Origin: Selaginella moellendorffii | Taxonomy: Eukaryota > Plantae > Lycopodiophyta | Length of the DNA stretch: 64,000 nucleotides | Assembly: GCF_000143415.4 (NCBI RefSeq) | Contig: NW_003314265.1 | Coordinates: 386,405 to 450,404, forward strand | Direction: 5' to 3' | Shown here: piece after piece, positions 11,476 through 25,123 of the stretch | How positions within the stretch are numbered: the stretch's first letter is position 1 | How the letters are laid out: every line of letters begins with the position of its first letter | Notes under the pieces: model-generated | What the model saw: the letters and a program-made list of their open reading frames with translations, nothing else | Told to the model about the DNA's origin: nothing | Database searches by the model: none | Translations under genes and position numbers: made by a program

Positions 11476-14400
11476 TTGCATATCCTCTAAGGAGGGTAGT
11501 CTCTCCAACTTAGAGACTGATTGGACCACATATAGTGGTTCTCTCCTTTTATTGGTTTAGTTCTCGCTAAACTTTTTAGAGACCCTTCTCTAAGTCAATC
11601 CCACTACTCCTTCTCGAGTAGTTTCAATTTCCATCTATTGAACGTTTGCACCTTGGAACTTTTACTCTTTTGACTTTTGGAAGTCAATTTCCTAGGTGTC
11701 TCCAACACCTTGCATTGCACAGATTGTGCAACTCCACTTCCCCATCCTAGGAAGCTCATTACTTGAGGGCACCATCATCCTCTCTTCTATTTCGTGCCAC
11801 CTTGGGCACTAAGTTCCATTTATCATACTTTGTGCTAGGGCTGTCCATGGCCCTATCATTTGGCTACCTTACCGCTCCCTCCCTTGGAGCTTCCACTTTC
11901 GCCAAATCAGAGCAATTCGGAATTCATCCTTGGAAACACACTTCCTTTTCCGGAATTTGTTAGCGTCCAACACATTAGTGTTCCTCGCCTAACTTTGTCA
12001 CTTGGATTCCTTCCAAGGGATTCCACGGCCCTATCTTGGCCACTCATCTTTTGCTCCTATCCGTTGATTGTTGCACCAAGCAACATCGAATTTCTACCTC
12101 CCTCTTTGAGGTATTCTTGTGATTCCATAGCAAAGGCTCTGCTTTTCCAAGATTAGGGTGTTCGCCCCTAGTAAGTCTCTTTAGCATCTTCTTCTGTGGG
12201 CTCTATCCACGGCCCAACTTTGTGACCCTCCCATGGGTCTCTTTAGAGACTACTTTCCTTGGACACACTATGCCATCGCAATGACATAGCTCATTTCCCT
12301 AGGGTGCTTTTCCCACTTGGTCACCTTGACCAAGCCACACCATCATCAATAGTTCAAATCAACACTTTGAACTAGGAACCTTATTCCTTAACCCAAACAA
12401 GGACCTTGTCCTTATTTAGCCACAAGATCACCTAGTGATCTCACCTCGGCACCTTAACAGGTTTGCCAATAGGTACTAGGTCTTCCAGACCTTTAATTTG
12501 TTAACTACGACCCCGGGGGCATCCCCCACACTTGGCGGTGCGCCCAAGCCAGCCCTTCCGGACAAGGGTCCATAGCAACTGAGATTAGGTGTCCCCATCT
12601 CACTCACCACGTCCTTGGTGCCACTCGCACCAAAGCGTTCAAGTTAGATATGCCGAGCTTTCACACTAAGCAATCTAACTGTGCATCACGACTCCGAGGC
12701 ATCCCTCGCTTGGCGGTGTGCCCAAACCAGTCTCCCCACTGAGAGTCCATGACCACCGAAATATGAGTGTCCTCATATTCCAAACCATCACCACGCCCTA
12801 GTGATTTGGGACTCGAACCCAAGCACTAGAGGGTCGGGACTCGAACCCAACCTCCGTATATGCATCTACGGACGGCATCACACAAGATGCCTGGCGTGAC
12901 TCCCCACGCCGGTGCACCAACTTATTTTTAAAGCGCGCTACAGATCACAGCTTAGGAACCTAGTTCCTCCACACTGCCAAGTCCTCTCACTTGACATGTC
13001 TGTGATCATGCATGGACTCCTCCATGCTCGGCCCCATGGCCCACCCTTTTTGAAGTTATCACCTTCAACTAGGGTATTTGTTCCCCCGACGTGCCAATCT
13101 CGCTTGGCAAGTCCTCCGACCACTGTAACATGGTTCCTGCATAAGCGTGAAAGTCTTTGACCATCGACTTTCGTTCAAAGCCCTCTCTTTGAACACTCGG
13201 GAACTACTTCCCTAACCTTGATAGCCTTGCCTCATGGCAAGCTTCAAGACCACGCTTTTGCTGCGCCACTCTGATTTCGCGCGTTCCATGAACCATTTAC
13301 ACTTGGCCTTTCTAGGTACTAAGCTACCTAGAATCGTCTTTGGGAACCTTGAAGGAACTCTGTCCCTTAGCTTGCTAAGGCCTCCCTTTTGCAAGCTTTC
13401 CAAATGCCACATAGTCTAACATAGACAATTCCATATTTTAGACTCTCCATGGCATCATGGTTGCTAGCGGCAACACCTTCGAGCCCCCACTTGATTCTCC
13501 ACTCCCAGCTGGCATAACCAACCTTGGTTATGCCCTTTGATTCCTACGGTTCGGTTCTATCCCTTTACTTCTTGCTTTTTGGCTTCACACCTTTCCTTTG
13601 GTCATTCTCCTCTAGACCAGGAGGATAGCTTTGCACTTTCTATCATGCTTTAGCAAGTATTTTTAGGGATGAACCTACCCAATAGCCTAGGGAGTGGTTC
13701 CTCAATCCGGGTATGCTCACCTTATAATCCCACACACTGGGATTACCTTGTTCCTTATGGGCCTTTACATGCCCATCACTAGCCTTGCCAAAATTCCATT
13801 TTTGGCTTTGTCCAACTCGGGTAGACAGTCCTCTCCTGTCTCCGCAACCTTGGACATTTGGATAGCACCTTCTATCCATCATTCGCTAGGGACTTAGTCC
13901 CTTGGGCTTTATCCATTGCCCTCGCGACATCAAACACCACCTTCTGGTGTTCTAGAGTGTTCGGGTGTCCCAATGATGGCTTTCTTGACAATGAGTATTT
14001 CCTTTTATGACATTGACTTACTATATCGCAACACAAGCAATTTATCCCCCGTAAGGGTATATCCAACTTCCCTATGCTATTAAGAAGTCTTGGGTAGCTA
14101 CCTTCTACCCGTTTAACCAGTTATTTTGCACCTCTTGCTTAGTTGCCTCATAGTTGTCAAGTCTTACAACTCATTGCTTGGTGCTTTCACACCTCCATCA
14201 TTATCTGGGTCACCACACTCCAACTGCATGCTCTGCAGCTTAGGCTATGCTATTCCTATTTCCATTGGGATTCCTTTGGCAAGGGGTTCTCATGAACCCA
14301 CCAACATAGCCTTAAGGTATCACACCTTGGCACATTTGGTGTCTCCACACCATCGGCTCCACGAGCCTACCTCTATGACATTTCCCCTTCGTGTCTAAGT

Positions 14401-15380
14401 CTTTGCCAAGATCAACACCGCTCTTTCTCATGCCAACCATCCGTTAGCACTGCACCATAGAGGTCACACACAACTTTATGTCAAAGTTGTTTTCTTCTGG
14501 GAACACCTTTCCCATAACTTTAGCATGGCACATTTTGCCATCGATGAGATACCCTCTGTTCTCATCCTTGGATCCTATGATCCCCCCCCATCCTTTGTGG
14601 GGTACAACACACCTCAGTCCAAATGCTTCCATCAGTCCTTTTAGGACCATCCGTTGACTCTACTTGAGTCATCCAGCAGTTTTGGACTTGGTTAATCCAC
14701 AGACCCGTAAGGTCCTACTTGTGAGGCACTAGCTCACTGGAATACACTTCTTGCATTCCTGTCCTACTCAAAATGACTATTTTCACAAGTGTTACTCCGA
14801 CACTTGATTTTGTTCTCTGGGGGCAACTTTTGCCCCTTAGGACTACTTGTCCATGTGATGAGAACACCAACTCATCCACTTAATACACCCCCAACTCCTT
14901 GGGTTGTTCCAGCATTTATTAGAGGTAGCCCCGGCTACCTTTTCAAGGACTTGAGTCCTCTTCCGTATTTGACCTTCCATGGTCATTACTTCTGGTCTCA
15001 CATTCATGAGCACCAACCTCAACTATATGAGGAAAATCTTGTGACTCCTTTATTGCTTTGGAGTCTTTATCTTTCCCGTGATCCCAACTGTAGTTGTTTA
15101 CCAGTTTGCTAAGTCAAACGCTCATCTGGATCACATCCTCAACTCTTTGAGGAAAACCATATACTGTTCCCAAGATCCCAAAGTCGTTCCATTATTGGCC
15201 CTTTTCTATCCACCACCTCGTCTACAAGTTCACACATGAACTGTAATGGAGAGCCATGTCTTCCCGACTTGCTACTCCTCAAGGATAGGCCCACTCCTCG
15301 GACCTTCCGATGCCAACACTAGTGGTGATATACTTGAGCACCAATAAAAGTCGGACTAAGGAACAACTCCGATACCAAGT

Positions 15381-16506
15381 TGTAAGCGACTAAATTTTCC
15401 ATTCTACTTTAGTCACTTAACCACACCTCTGACCACTTGGAGGAGTCTCATTCGCAACCTCCATAAGTCCAACTCAGGACTTGGGGCTTGCTAGCCCCGA
15501 GAATGGCATCCATGCCACTCAACCTTAGCACGTGGTCCAAGTGCTCCACGTGTCCGATCCCATGATCGACACCCCAAGGTACCACCGACGTATCGGCCCG
15601 TTACGCTAAGGCCATACCCATTTACCTTGGTCACACTGGTGGTCCAACACCACCTGCATTCCAATCCCGTCTCTCCAAGACTGGGTCATCCGTCCATGAG
15701 TGATCATCCCAGATCCACTCCTTAACATCCTTAGGATGCCTACAGACATGGGGAATAGCCTTCCCCAATAACTCTGTTCCGGTCCCCACCAAGTCCCTTT
15801 CTGTCCTTGGCTGTGTTTGCCAACACTGCCACTGGATCAAGGCCCACCGGCCCAACCACTAAGTCCCACTATCCTCTAGGACTTCCTCACCATGTGACCA
15901 TATCCTTGGTCTCTACATTAGAGGCCTACTCCTCTTCCTTTCCACAGTCTGGGCCTTTGGGACAACATTTCGGAACACCGTGGCCTTACACGAGCCACCT
16001 GGGTACTCTCCTCGCCTTCTGCCCTTGGGTGCTCTAGCCATGGGCTTAGAGCGGGTTCCGTTGAGCCACACCAGGTATCCAAGTAGGTAGTGCCACCCAC
16101 ACTTGGACTGGGAGCATCGGCCAGTCGATCTCCCGGGGGAACTAGAGCTGGCTCTTGAACACTTCACCAAGCTACCCCGCTTGTCGGTCCGTGTTCACTC
16201 TAGTCTTGGACTTCCCAGTGGGCAGCTCATCACCCAACACTGGGTCCGGCCTTCCTGGGCCAAACTGGCCTTTCCTGGCCAAACTGGCTCCACTGCAGTC
16301 CTCCCCCTACTATACTTTTGGAGCTCACCAAACCCCCCAGGGTCTGGGAGACGAACGCTTTGGGCTTTCACCCTCTCAGGCTCCGGACTCGGACTCGGAC
16401 TCGGACTCGGACTCGGACTCGGATTCGGACTCGGATTCGGGCTCAGGCTCGGTCTCGGCCTCGGCCTCGGTCTCGGCCTCGGCCTCGGTCTCGGTCTCGG
16501 TCCCGA

Positions 16507-16538
<32 letters not shown>

Positions 16539-17202
16539 CCGGTCTCGGTCCCGGTCTCGGTCTCAACTTCGGACTCCATCTCGGACTCCATCTCGGACTC
16601 CATCTCGGACTCCATCTGGGGTCCATCTCGGGTCCATCTCGGACTCCATCTCGGACTCTATCTCGGGTCCATCTCGGACTCCATCTCGGACTCCATCTCG
16701 GGTCCATCTCGGGTCCATCTCGGACTCCATCTCGGACTCCATCTCGGGTCCATCTCGGACTCCATCTCGGACTCCATCTCGGACTCCATCTCGGGTCCAC
16801 CTCGGACTCCATCTCGGACTCCATCTCGGACTCCATCTCGGACTCCATCTCGGGTCCATCTCGGACTCCACTTCGGACTCCAACTCGGGTCCATCTCGGA
16901 CTCCACTTCGGACTCCAACTCGGGTCCATCTCGGACTCCACTTCGGACTCCAACTCGAGTCCATCTCGGACACTCCCACGTGTCATGTGTTGGTCCTTTT
17001 GGGTCCCTTTTTGGAGCCTCGCCTTTTGCTCACTTCGTGCTCGTTCCTCGAGCACTTCGTTGGGAGTTCCACTCCCGCTCTTGACTTTTCAAGTCGGAGC
17101 TTTTGGTCCAAACGTGTTACGCTCGTTTGGCTCTCGCTTCGGCCACTACCATGTGGCGCCCTTCCGGCTCCACTTTGGGGCCTAGGGATTTTGTGTCTCA
17201 CA
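15381..17202 (-). repeat. 5' LTR of family A (1822 bp)
   Basis: Same termini as 9511-11240; differs by a few transitions and by array copy number. Confidence 0.93.
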
Positions 17203-18728
17203 ATGAAGTTCACATGCCTAAGAACTCTACAACTTCCGAATAACACCTTTCTCCAACATTTTTTTGACGTTTGCATGTAAAATCTTGATCTCTTTGAATG
17301 ACCAACAATGAACAAGAACTTTGATTGGATGAACATCCCCAATTAGAATTAGATGACATGTGGCAATCTTGGCCAAGATTGCCACATTCAAAAAAATCAG
17401 AATACTCCTTTATGAACTAGTCAACCACTGTAACACAAAGATTGTTAGAGGGATTGGAAAAGGAAAAAGTAGAATAAGATGGAAATATAAGAAGAAATAG
17501 TGGGGGGATAACAATAATAGAAGTAGAGGTAGAAGTAGAGGGACAAAAAAGTATGAAAATGAGAGGAATAGATGAAATATAAAGAAGTATAAAACAAAGG
17601 GAAAAAGCCTCAAAATCACACTTGGCATGATTGCGCTGCAACCAATCTATACCAAGGATGAGGTCAAAAGTTTGACCCGGCACCACCTACAATGATTGTA
17701 ACCCAAGCTTGAGATCGCCCACATGCACAACCAGGTCCACCTCATCCCGTGCACATGCATGTGTACGGCCGTTACCATAAAGAATGAAAACTAGTTCCAT
17801 TTCAGGATGCAAGTGTAGATAACAATGTGTGGTAATAAGTCGAGCAATAGAAAATAAACTCGATTTTGTATCAACCAACACGAAGAGAATAATAGGAAAC
17901 CTTTTGTTATAAAAACGAGCTTGGAAAATAAACACTTGATGAATCGGTGCCAAATGAACCCCTTGATGACAGAAAGATGGAAGGGTTACTAACTTATTCG
18001 CACAAGGTCCTTCTGTTACTTGTGTGACTCCTTGTTTTCTAGATGAATCTCGGTGTCCAAACCTTTCACTGTAGTAGCACCAACAAAACGTTATTGACGC
18101 CAAAGTCTCCACCCAGGAAATAGAGGTCCCCAATCTGGAAAATGCCGACAACATCGATAAGTGTAACTAACTTCATCACATGCCTAATAGCAAACGTCAT
18201 GGACACGACCACGTCCTCGCCCTTGTCCTTGGACTCAAGCAGCAGCAACATCAACCTCCATTAAAATAGAACTATTGCCTATAGAAAGTGGAATGGATCT
18301 TGATTCAATGATCCATATTTATGTTAGAGTGTTCTCCTAGACATTTTCAAATGCATATTCAGATATGCTGACGATTGTGATAATGTCTTCTAACAATTGC
18401 ATTGTCTTCGTCAAAGGTTATCTAAGTTGGTAATGCAATTTGGTGTTCATTTCCGAAGCCTCTTGCTTCGTGCAGAGCCAAATATGTCGAAGCGGATCAA
18501 GCTAAAAATGTTATAGCCAACACTTCGTCAAAATCTTGTCGGACTTGTGCATAATCACCCTTGACGATACTCTCTGCTTGGCACAACGTTATGAGATGTT
18601 GCATCTTCCACTTCTTGCTGCATATCCTTCCGTTCCTAGAGTACTATGAGACCACAATACAATGCATGTAAATTGATTTCCTTATCATTTTTGGTCCCTC
18701 TAAGATTACTTTTGCTATATGTATGTAA

Positions 18729-18737
18729 AGAGAGAGA

Positions 18738-18768
<31 letters not shown>

Positions 18769-18787
18769 CACACTCTCTCTCTCTCTT
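18729..18787. repeat. Compound (GA)(TG)(TA)(CA)(TC) microsatellite, self-complementary
   Basis: Read directly from sequence. Confidence 0.85.
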
Positions 18788-19380
18788 TATTTAAAGTTGT
18801 TATTTTAGCATTGGTGTCATTATAAGAAGTTTTAGTTATGGTAAATGCTTAAAAACATGTATAAAAAAATAGGAATATAGACTCATTATTCTTCAAACTG
18901 AACTAAATGCTTGATATGATGTTAATATTAAATTAGTTCACTCCAAGTTGGCTGCAGACAAGCTCTATTCATTGTTATTCAGCTAAGTAACCTCATATTA
19001 TAGAGAGATAGAGTGACCTTCAAAAGTGGTCCTTGCATCTGGAACTTGCCTTGGAGTCTGCCCTAGGATGAACACTTTGTGTTATACTCCATCTCTTTCA
19101 AAAGCCATACTCTTGTCTAAAATTTTTCTCCTGACCCCATCAAAGCCAACTGAGCTTGATCCTTACTAGAGCCTTATCCTGGATGAGAGCAAAATCCTTG
19201 CCAGAGCCTTATCCTGGATGAGAGCAAAAGTAGGCATTCTTGGCCTCCTGTTGTATTCTTGGCCTACATTCTACTGTAGATATAAAGAGTAATCTACATT
19301 AAATTAATATTAATTACAATACTAATTATAATAAAAGACAGCACCAAAAATATTCATTCAACCAAAAAATAAAAGCAGGC

Positions 19381-22022
19381 TCACGCATTGTACGTCTGTA
19401 CTACAACCATTGGAGAGATCGAGACTGGTGCAATTGGAGCAATGTAGTCTCCGCCATCTCTCGCTACCGCTGCTGCTCCAGGAGGACCAGGCTCGACGTT
19501 TTCCTCGCGCGACGATGTTCCGGCGTCGATAACTCTCGCCGGGAGAAGATCATCGTCTGCAGTCACTGGAGCTCGGATCACCAGCGTCTCTGCTTCCTTC
19601 GCTGCTGCTGCTGCCGCCTCATCTCCATCCTCTTCTTTTTCTTTGACTCGCTCAGCCTTGCAGTTTACGTTGATCATTGGCGATGAAACCTCGTCGTCCC
19701 CCAGGTCCGTAGCAGCGGCGTCCAGGAACTTCAGTCCACTGCTCGCAGCCTCCCCAGAGAGTCTCCCTATTTCCCTGCGGTGGCCTGCCCCCATGCTCGA
19801 GCTCCTCCTCAGGGCCTCCGACGAAGGCATGCTTCTTCTCAAAACTATGCTTCGCAGCCTCGCGTTCTGTGAGCGAGCGTCGTCCTTCTTCAGATTTGCC
19901 TTCGTGGCGATGGCCTCCGGTTTCTCTTGCTGGACTTTTCTAGGATTGTCCAACGTCGGGGCGGGTTTGCGGCCTCTGCTGCCCTGAGAATTGCTGCTCT
20001 GAGTTGTGCTTGCTCTTTGAAAAGTTGGCAATAGTCCTTTGCTCGACGTGGCTTTCGCTGGTAATCTTGGAGTAGAAGCACCTGAATGCGGGGAGCTTGG
20101 AGCAACTTTCTTCTGTAATCTTTGCAAGCGAAGCTCTTCCAAACGCTTCCGTTCTTCCTCTTCCTGGTTTTAAAAAAGAACGAAAACGAAAAACAGTTCA
20201 GAACTTGAAAACGGAGGTGATAGAAAATTTACCTTTGCTCTCTTCAACTCCAGGAGACCAGCTTTGAATGCTCGTATTTTTTCCGCTCGTAGTCGTGCCT
20301 CGGCCAACGGATCGTTCTTACTTGACCTCAAGGTTTTGGCTACCTCTGCTCTCCTTTTATTCAGACTCTCCTGCATAACTTTCAGCCTTGCTTGCTTCTC
20401 GGCTTTCTTTGACGTCCCTTCTTTGAGCTTAGCGTCCCTACGCTCGCGGTACGTGTCATACAGCCTTCCCTTCGTATCCTTCAAGGACGGTGTTTCGCTC
20501 AAGACGCTCTTTTGATCGTCGCTAGGCTCTGGCTCTTGCAACAGCGGTCCGGCGTTTCCTGTCGTAGACACGTTCTCAATCGCACCAGTAGCCAAATCTT
20601 CTACAAGACTGCTATCTACAGGTCCCTCTAATTCCTGCTTTATCTTTCCTCCCATTGAAGACTGGTTCAAGCCTTTTCCCTTTTCCACTGGCTCCGACGG
20701 TTTTCTACCAAGCTTATCAGCAGCTAAACTCCACCTCCGCAAGACTGGTTTTTGTGTATCTGTCCGTTCAATATCAGCTACCGACACTCGACGCCTATCT
20801 TCGATCTCTTGTTTCTTGCTTTCGAACATAGTTATCTTTTCTTGAACACTCGTCCTTCGTCCCGAGGCTTCCTCATGATCGAGAATGACCTGTACGCCCC
20901 TTTCTGATTCCGCTGCGGCTTCCTTACTGTCGCATTCCTTACTGTCATTAATGAAGTCTCCAATGGAATGACTCGTCAGGTCGAAGTTGGGACCGTCTTC
21001 TACGTCACCACGAGAATGCGACTGCATTCCCTCCAACCATATCTCAGTTTCCCGCTTTTTCATGCAAAATCTCATATAGCTTTCACATGCATCACTGCGA
21101 AAAGGCAAAAAGAGAAATCAAACTCTCTAACAAGGCTTGAAGAAACTTACCTTAAACGGCTTGCCCCGAACTGTTGGGCGAACCTCATCAAATCTGACGT
21201 ATTTTTCGCACTGAATCCAGCAGCCTCTGCTCTCGCAAAAGCCATGGACTTCTCCTTCTGCAATATTGCCCGACGAGCTTCCAACGCTTTCAACAACTGT
21301 AAGCTGCAGATTTATAACATCAGAAAATGCTGCATTTTTATGAAGATGCCGCTTACTTCGAATTCTCTTGTTCACCAGCCGAAGAATTCTGCATCTTCAA
21401 AGTTAGCAGCTAGTCATATTCACGAAGAAGTACCTGCAAATTTTCAAGATGGCCTTGCGATGCTTCCCCATTGACAGATACTGGAGTTTCGGGTCCGCTC
21501 TAAACAGAAGGAAGATTCATTAGCCACAACAATGGGCTTCCGCGAAAAGTACCACAGAACCGTCATTGTGTCTGCTTAAAGTTTCTTCCAGTTGAGACAG
21601 TTCATTGTCCACGCTATCCACGCGCTCGAGCACTTCGGGAGTACTCACAAACCTTACAAATCTACAGCCAAATAGAATAAGAGTTCAATCCATGATAGTC
21701 TGATAGATCGCAAATCGTACCTTTCCATAGTACCTTTAGTAAACCAAGACGCAGCATCGTCTCCAGATGGCTCTAGTTTGATCGAGCAGCCACCCTTGTC
21801 GATCTCCTCGTTCACCGCCTTGATGTGCGACGAGAAAGGCTGCAGCAATCCCGACGCTAGCTTTTCCGTCTGATCGCCAGAGGAAACCACAAGCTCGCAT
21901 CTACACCCCGCAGATAGACAGCGACAAGTTTTCTTTAACCAAAATGCTCGATCGAATTCCCACCTCGTGCGCGTGGGCGTGAGCAGGAAGTGAGCGCAAT
22001 CCAAAGGCGCATCCGCCTCCAT
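19381..22022 (-). CDS. COP1-interacting protein 7 (CIP7)-like, multi-exon
   Basis: MEADAPLDCAHFLLTPTRTR|CELVV..EKLASGLLQPF..WFTKGTMER|FVRFVSTPEVLER; GRLYDTYRERRDAKL; EELRLQRLQK. Confidence 0.85.
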
Positions 22023-22508
22023 TCTCGGCTGGAGCAGCGCAAATGCACCGCCACCGGTGGACGCGATCGGCTCCCAGATATCGATCGATCGCGCAAAACC
22101 CTACCCGATCAGCCGCGCGGCGCGCGGCAGCTAGATCCAATCGCCGATTTGCCAGAATCACCTTACGCTGCTAGCGGATCAGCTGCTCTCCATCCCACCA
22201 GAGAATCCCACCGCCTAGCGCATAACCCTCGCTCCATGACGCTACCCGTCCAGGTAGAAACTTTTATTCTGCCATAGCTTTCTTATTTACAAACTCGTCG
22301 CTTCCACCTGGCCGTCCGATCGATTCCATTTAGACATTCTATTTGGGGTATATATCAAGAATATCTTCCTTTCTTTATAAATTAACTGGGATGATTAGTA
22401 TCATCTGACAATACTAAATATTATTTAAGACAAAATGATAAGCTTGTAAAATTTCCTATGCTACATTTTCAGTTTGGAAACACAAGACTCAAGAGAGAGC
22501 TAGTACCT

Positions 22509-23500
<992 letters not shown>

Positions 23501-23718
23501 TTAGGGCTCTTCTAGGGCTTTTGACAAATTATTATGCAGTATGCCATTTAGTGTTTGATTCTGTCGCCATTTTATTTCTTCATTCATTCATTGTTTACAT
23601 GATTTTGCAGAGCCCCCCCCCATAAAGCACAAGACCAATCGGTTAAAATGTGTTGAAACAGTCCTAACCTGGTGACTCTCAGCAAGCCATCTCCCACCGA
23701 GAGGAATGCGAAGACGCC

Positions 23719-23829
23719 ATGGAGGACAAGTTCGACCACGCCAGCGGCCACCCCCAGGCCATCTTCTTCGTGTTCGTCAGCATAAGTGCTGCCATCCTCT
23801 CGCTGGTTCTCATCGTGCTCGTTTCATAG
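23719..23829 (+). CDS. Putative 36-aa hydrophobic micropeptide or gene fragment
   Basis: GCCATGG start; MEDKFDHASGHPQAIFFVFVSISAAILSLVLIVLVS*; GC3-rich codons in an AT-richer context. Confidence 0.35.
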   Translation: MEDKFDHASGHPQAIFFVFVSISAAILSLVLIVLVS

Positions 23830-24273
23830 AGAAGGAACAGAACTCACTCGAGCAAAGGCATTAGTGCTAATATTACCCAGGCTTCCTTGTAAGCTGGGTT
23901 TGTCCCTCCTAGCCTCTATTATCTTGTGCTCATGCTTGTTTTTCTTTATTCTAAAGTAATATGATGAGTGCTACACCTTGTTTATAATAGAATCAAATTC
24001 TCATCTGGACAGTTAGTATGTAGTGGCTGTTATATAATTTTCCAAATGGCAACCTGAAACAATGGTATGACATAACAACTCCTTAATACTTCCCCAGTAT
24101 TTTCCTCATCGAAATCTTAATTTATTTTTCTTATTGGTATATAATATATTCAAGTATCTACATAACAATAATAATAATTTAATAAAATTAATAACTATAG
24201 TATAATTTAGTATAATTTTAATTTAGTAAATATATAATAAGATTATATATATATAAATAAATAATTTATATGT

Positions 24274-24696
24274 TTAACAGTTTTCGTCTTGTAATATTTT
24301 AAAAGTATGGAGTTCAGTAGATATAATCTCTACTGACACAATTAATGATCTATCTAGTAATCGAACTTGACCACCCATATGACGCCTTATTAGACAATTC
24401 CGTCTTATAAATCTAAAAGCTTGTACTATATCAGCTTCTGCTAATGCTATATTCCTAGTTCTCCTTTCACGTATGTTTATAGTAGTTCTTAAATTTCCAT
24501 TAATATTTCTATATATCCTTTGAAGGGGATTTCTATGCCATTCATTTAATATATTTGTTATTGAAGAACAATAATCAGCATTAGAAATTCCTAACCGTCT
24601 ACCATTTGTAAAACAAATTTCAGTAGCAGGACTTGAATAACAAAGGCATTTGGAAACTAAAACGAATATAATAAAAAATTGTAAGTAGTAAAACAT
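24274..24696 (-). CDS. Small secreted Cys-containing protein (140 aa), intronless, AT-rich
   Basis: Signal-peptide-like N-terminus MFYYLQFFIIFVLVSKCLC; 423-nt open frame in very AT-rich DNA; TATA-like TATATATAAAT about 35-45 nt upstream. Confidence 0.6.
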   Translation of the reverse strand: MFYYLQFFIIFVLVSKCLCYSSPATEICFTNGRRLGISNADYCSSITNILNEWHRNPLQRIYRNINGNLRTTINIRERRTRNIALAEADIVQAFRFIRRNCLIRRHMGGQVRLLDRSLIVSVEIISTELHTFKILQDENC

Positions 24697-25123
24697 TTGA
24701 TAATAATAATTTTTTATTTCATAGATTTATATATAAATAGAAATAGAATATTATTAGTTATGACTATATTCTGTTTGTTATATAAGGGTGCTCCACCACA
24801 CTCTCATACTTCCACTTTCCTTCCCATCTTTACTTGACCTCCACATGGCAAAACTGAAGATAGTCTCTATCCTTGCTCACATCCTTACCACTATTCCCTA
24901 TATTATTTTATTAATATAAAGACATAATAGATAGATATATATAAAATAATATATATAACTTGTATTTGTAAAATGTATAGGGAATAGTGGCAAGGATGTG
25001 GCAAGAATAGAGATGCATGCCTCATCTTCTCTCATGTGGCATGAGAAAACTATTTATTATCACAAGGATGACTACAATTGAAAGAATATAATCAAATGTA
25101 AAAACACTACAATAATATTACAA

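Larger units (their letters stand above)
9511..17202 (-). mobile_element. Young non-autonomous LTR retrotransposon (LARD-like, family A)
   Basis: Two near-identical TG..CA LTRs; TSD ATGAA at 9506-9510 and 17203-17207; PBS TGGTATCGGAG (iMet-like) at ~15367-15377; purine-rich PPT at 11241-11254 (minus); 4.1 kb interior without long ORF. Confidence 0.93.
8400..18700 (-). mobile_element. Old degenerate Ty3/gypsy retrotransposon split by a younger LTR element; outer limits approximate
   Basis: Minus-strand protease remnants (LFVLVDT, FDLILGIDWL, 17600-17900); RT continues across the insertion: LVTKPDRSIHF..YPLPHTIDFLDRL..FTKLDFASGY*QVLIAKEDIPKTAF (9250-9510); many stops. Confidence 0.8.
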
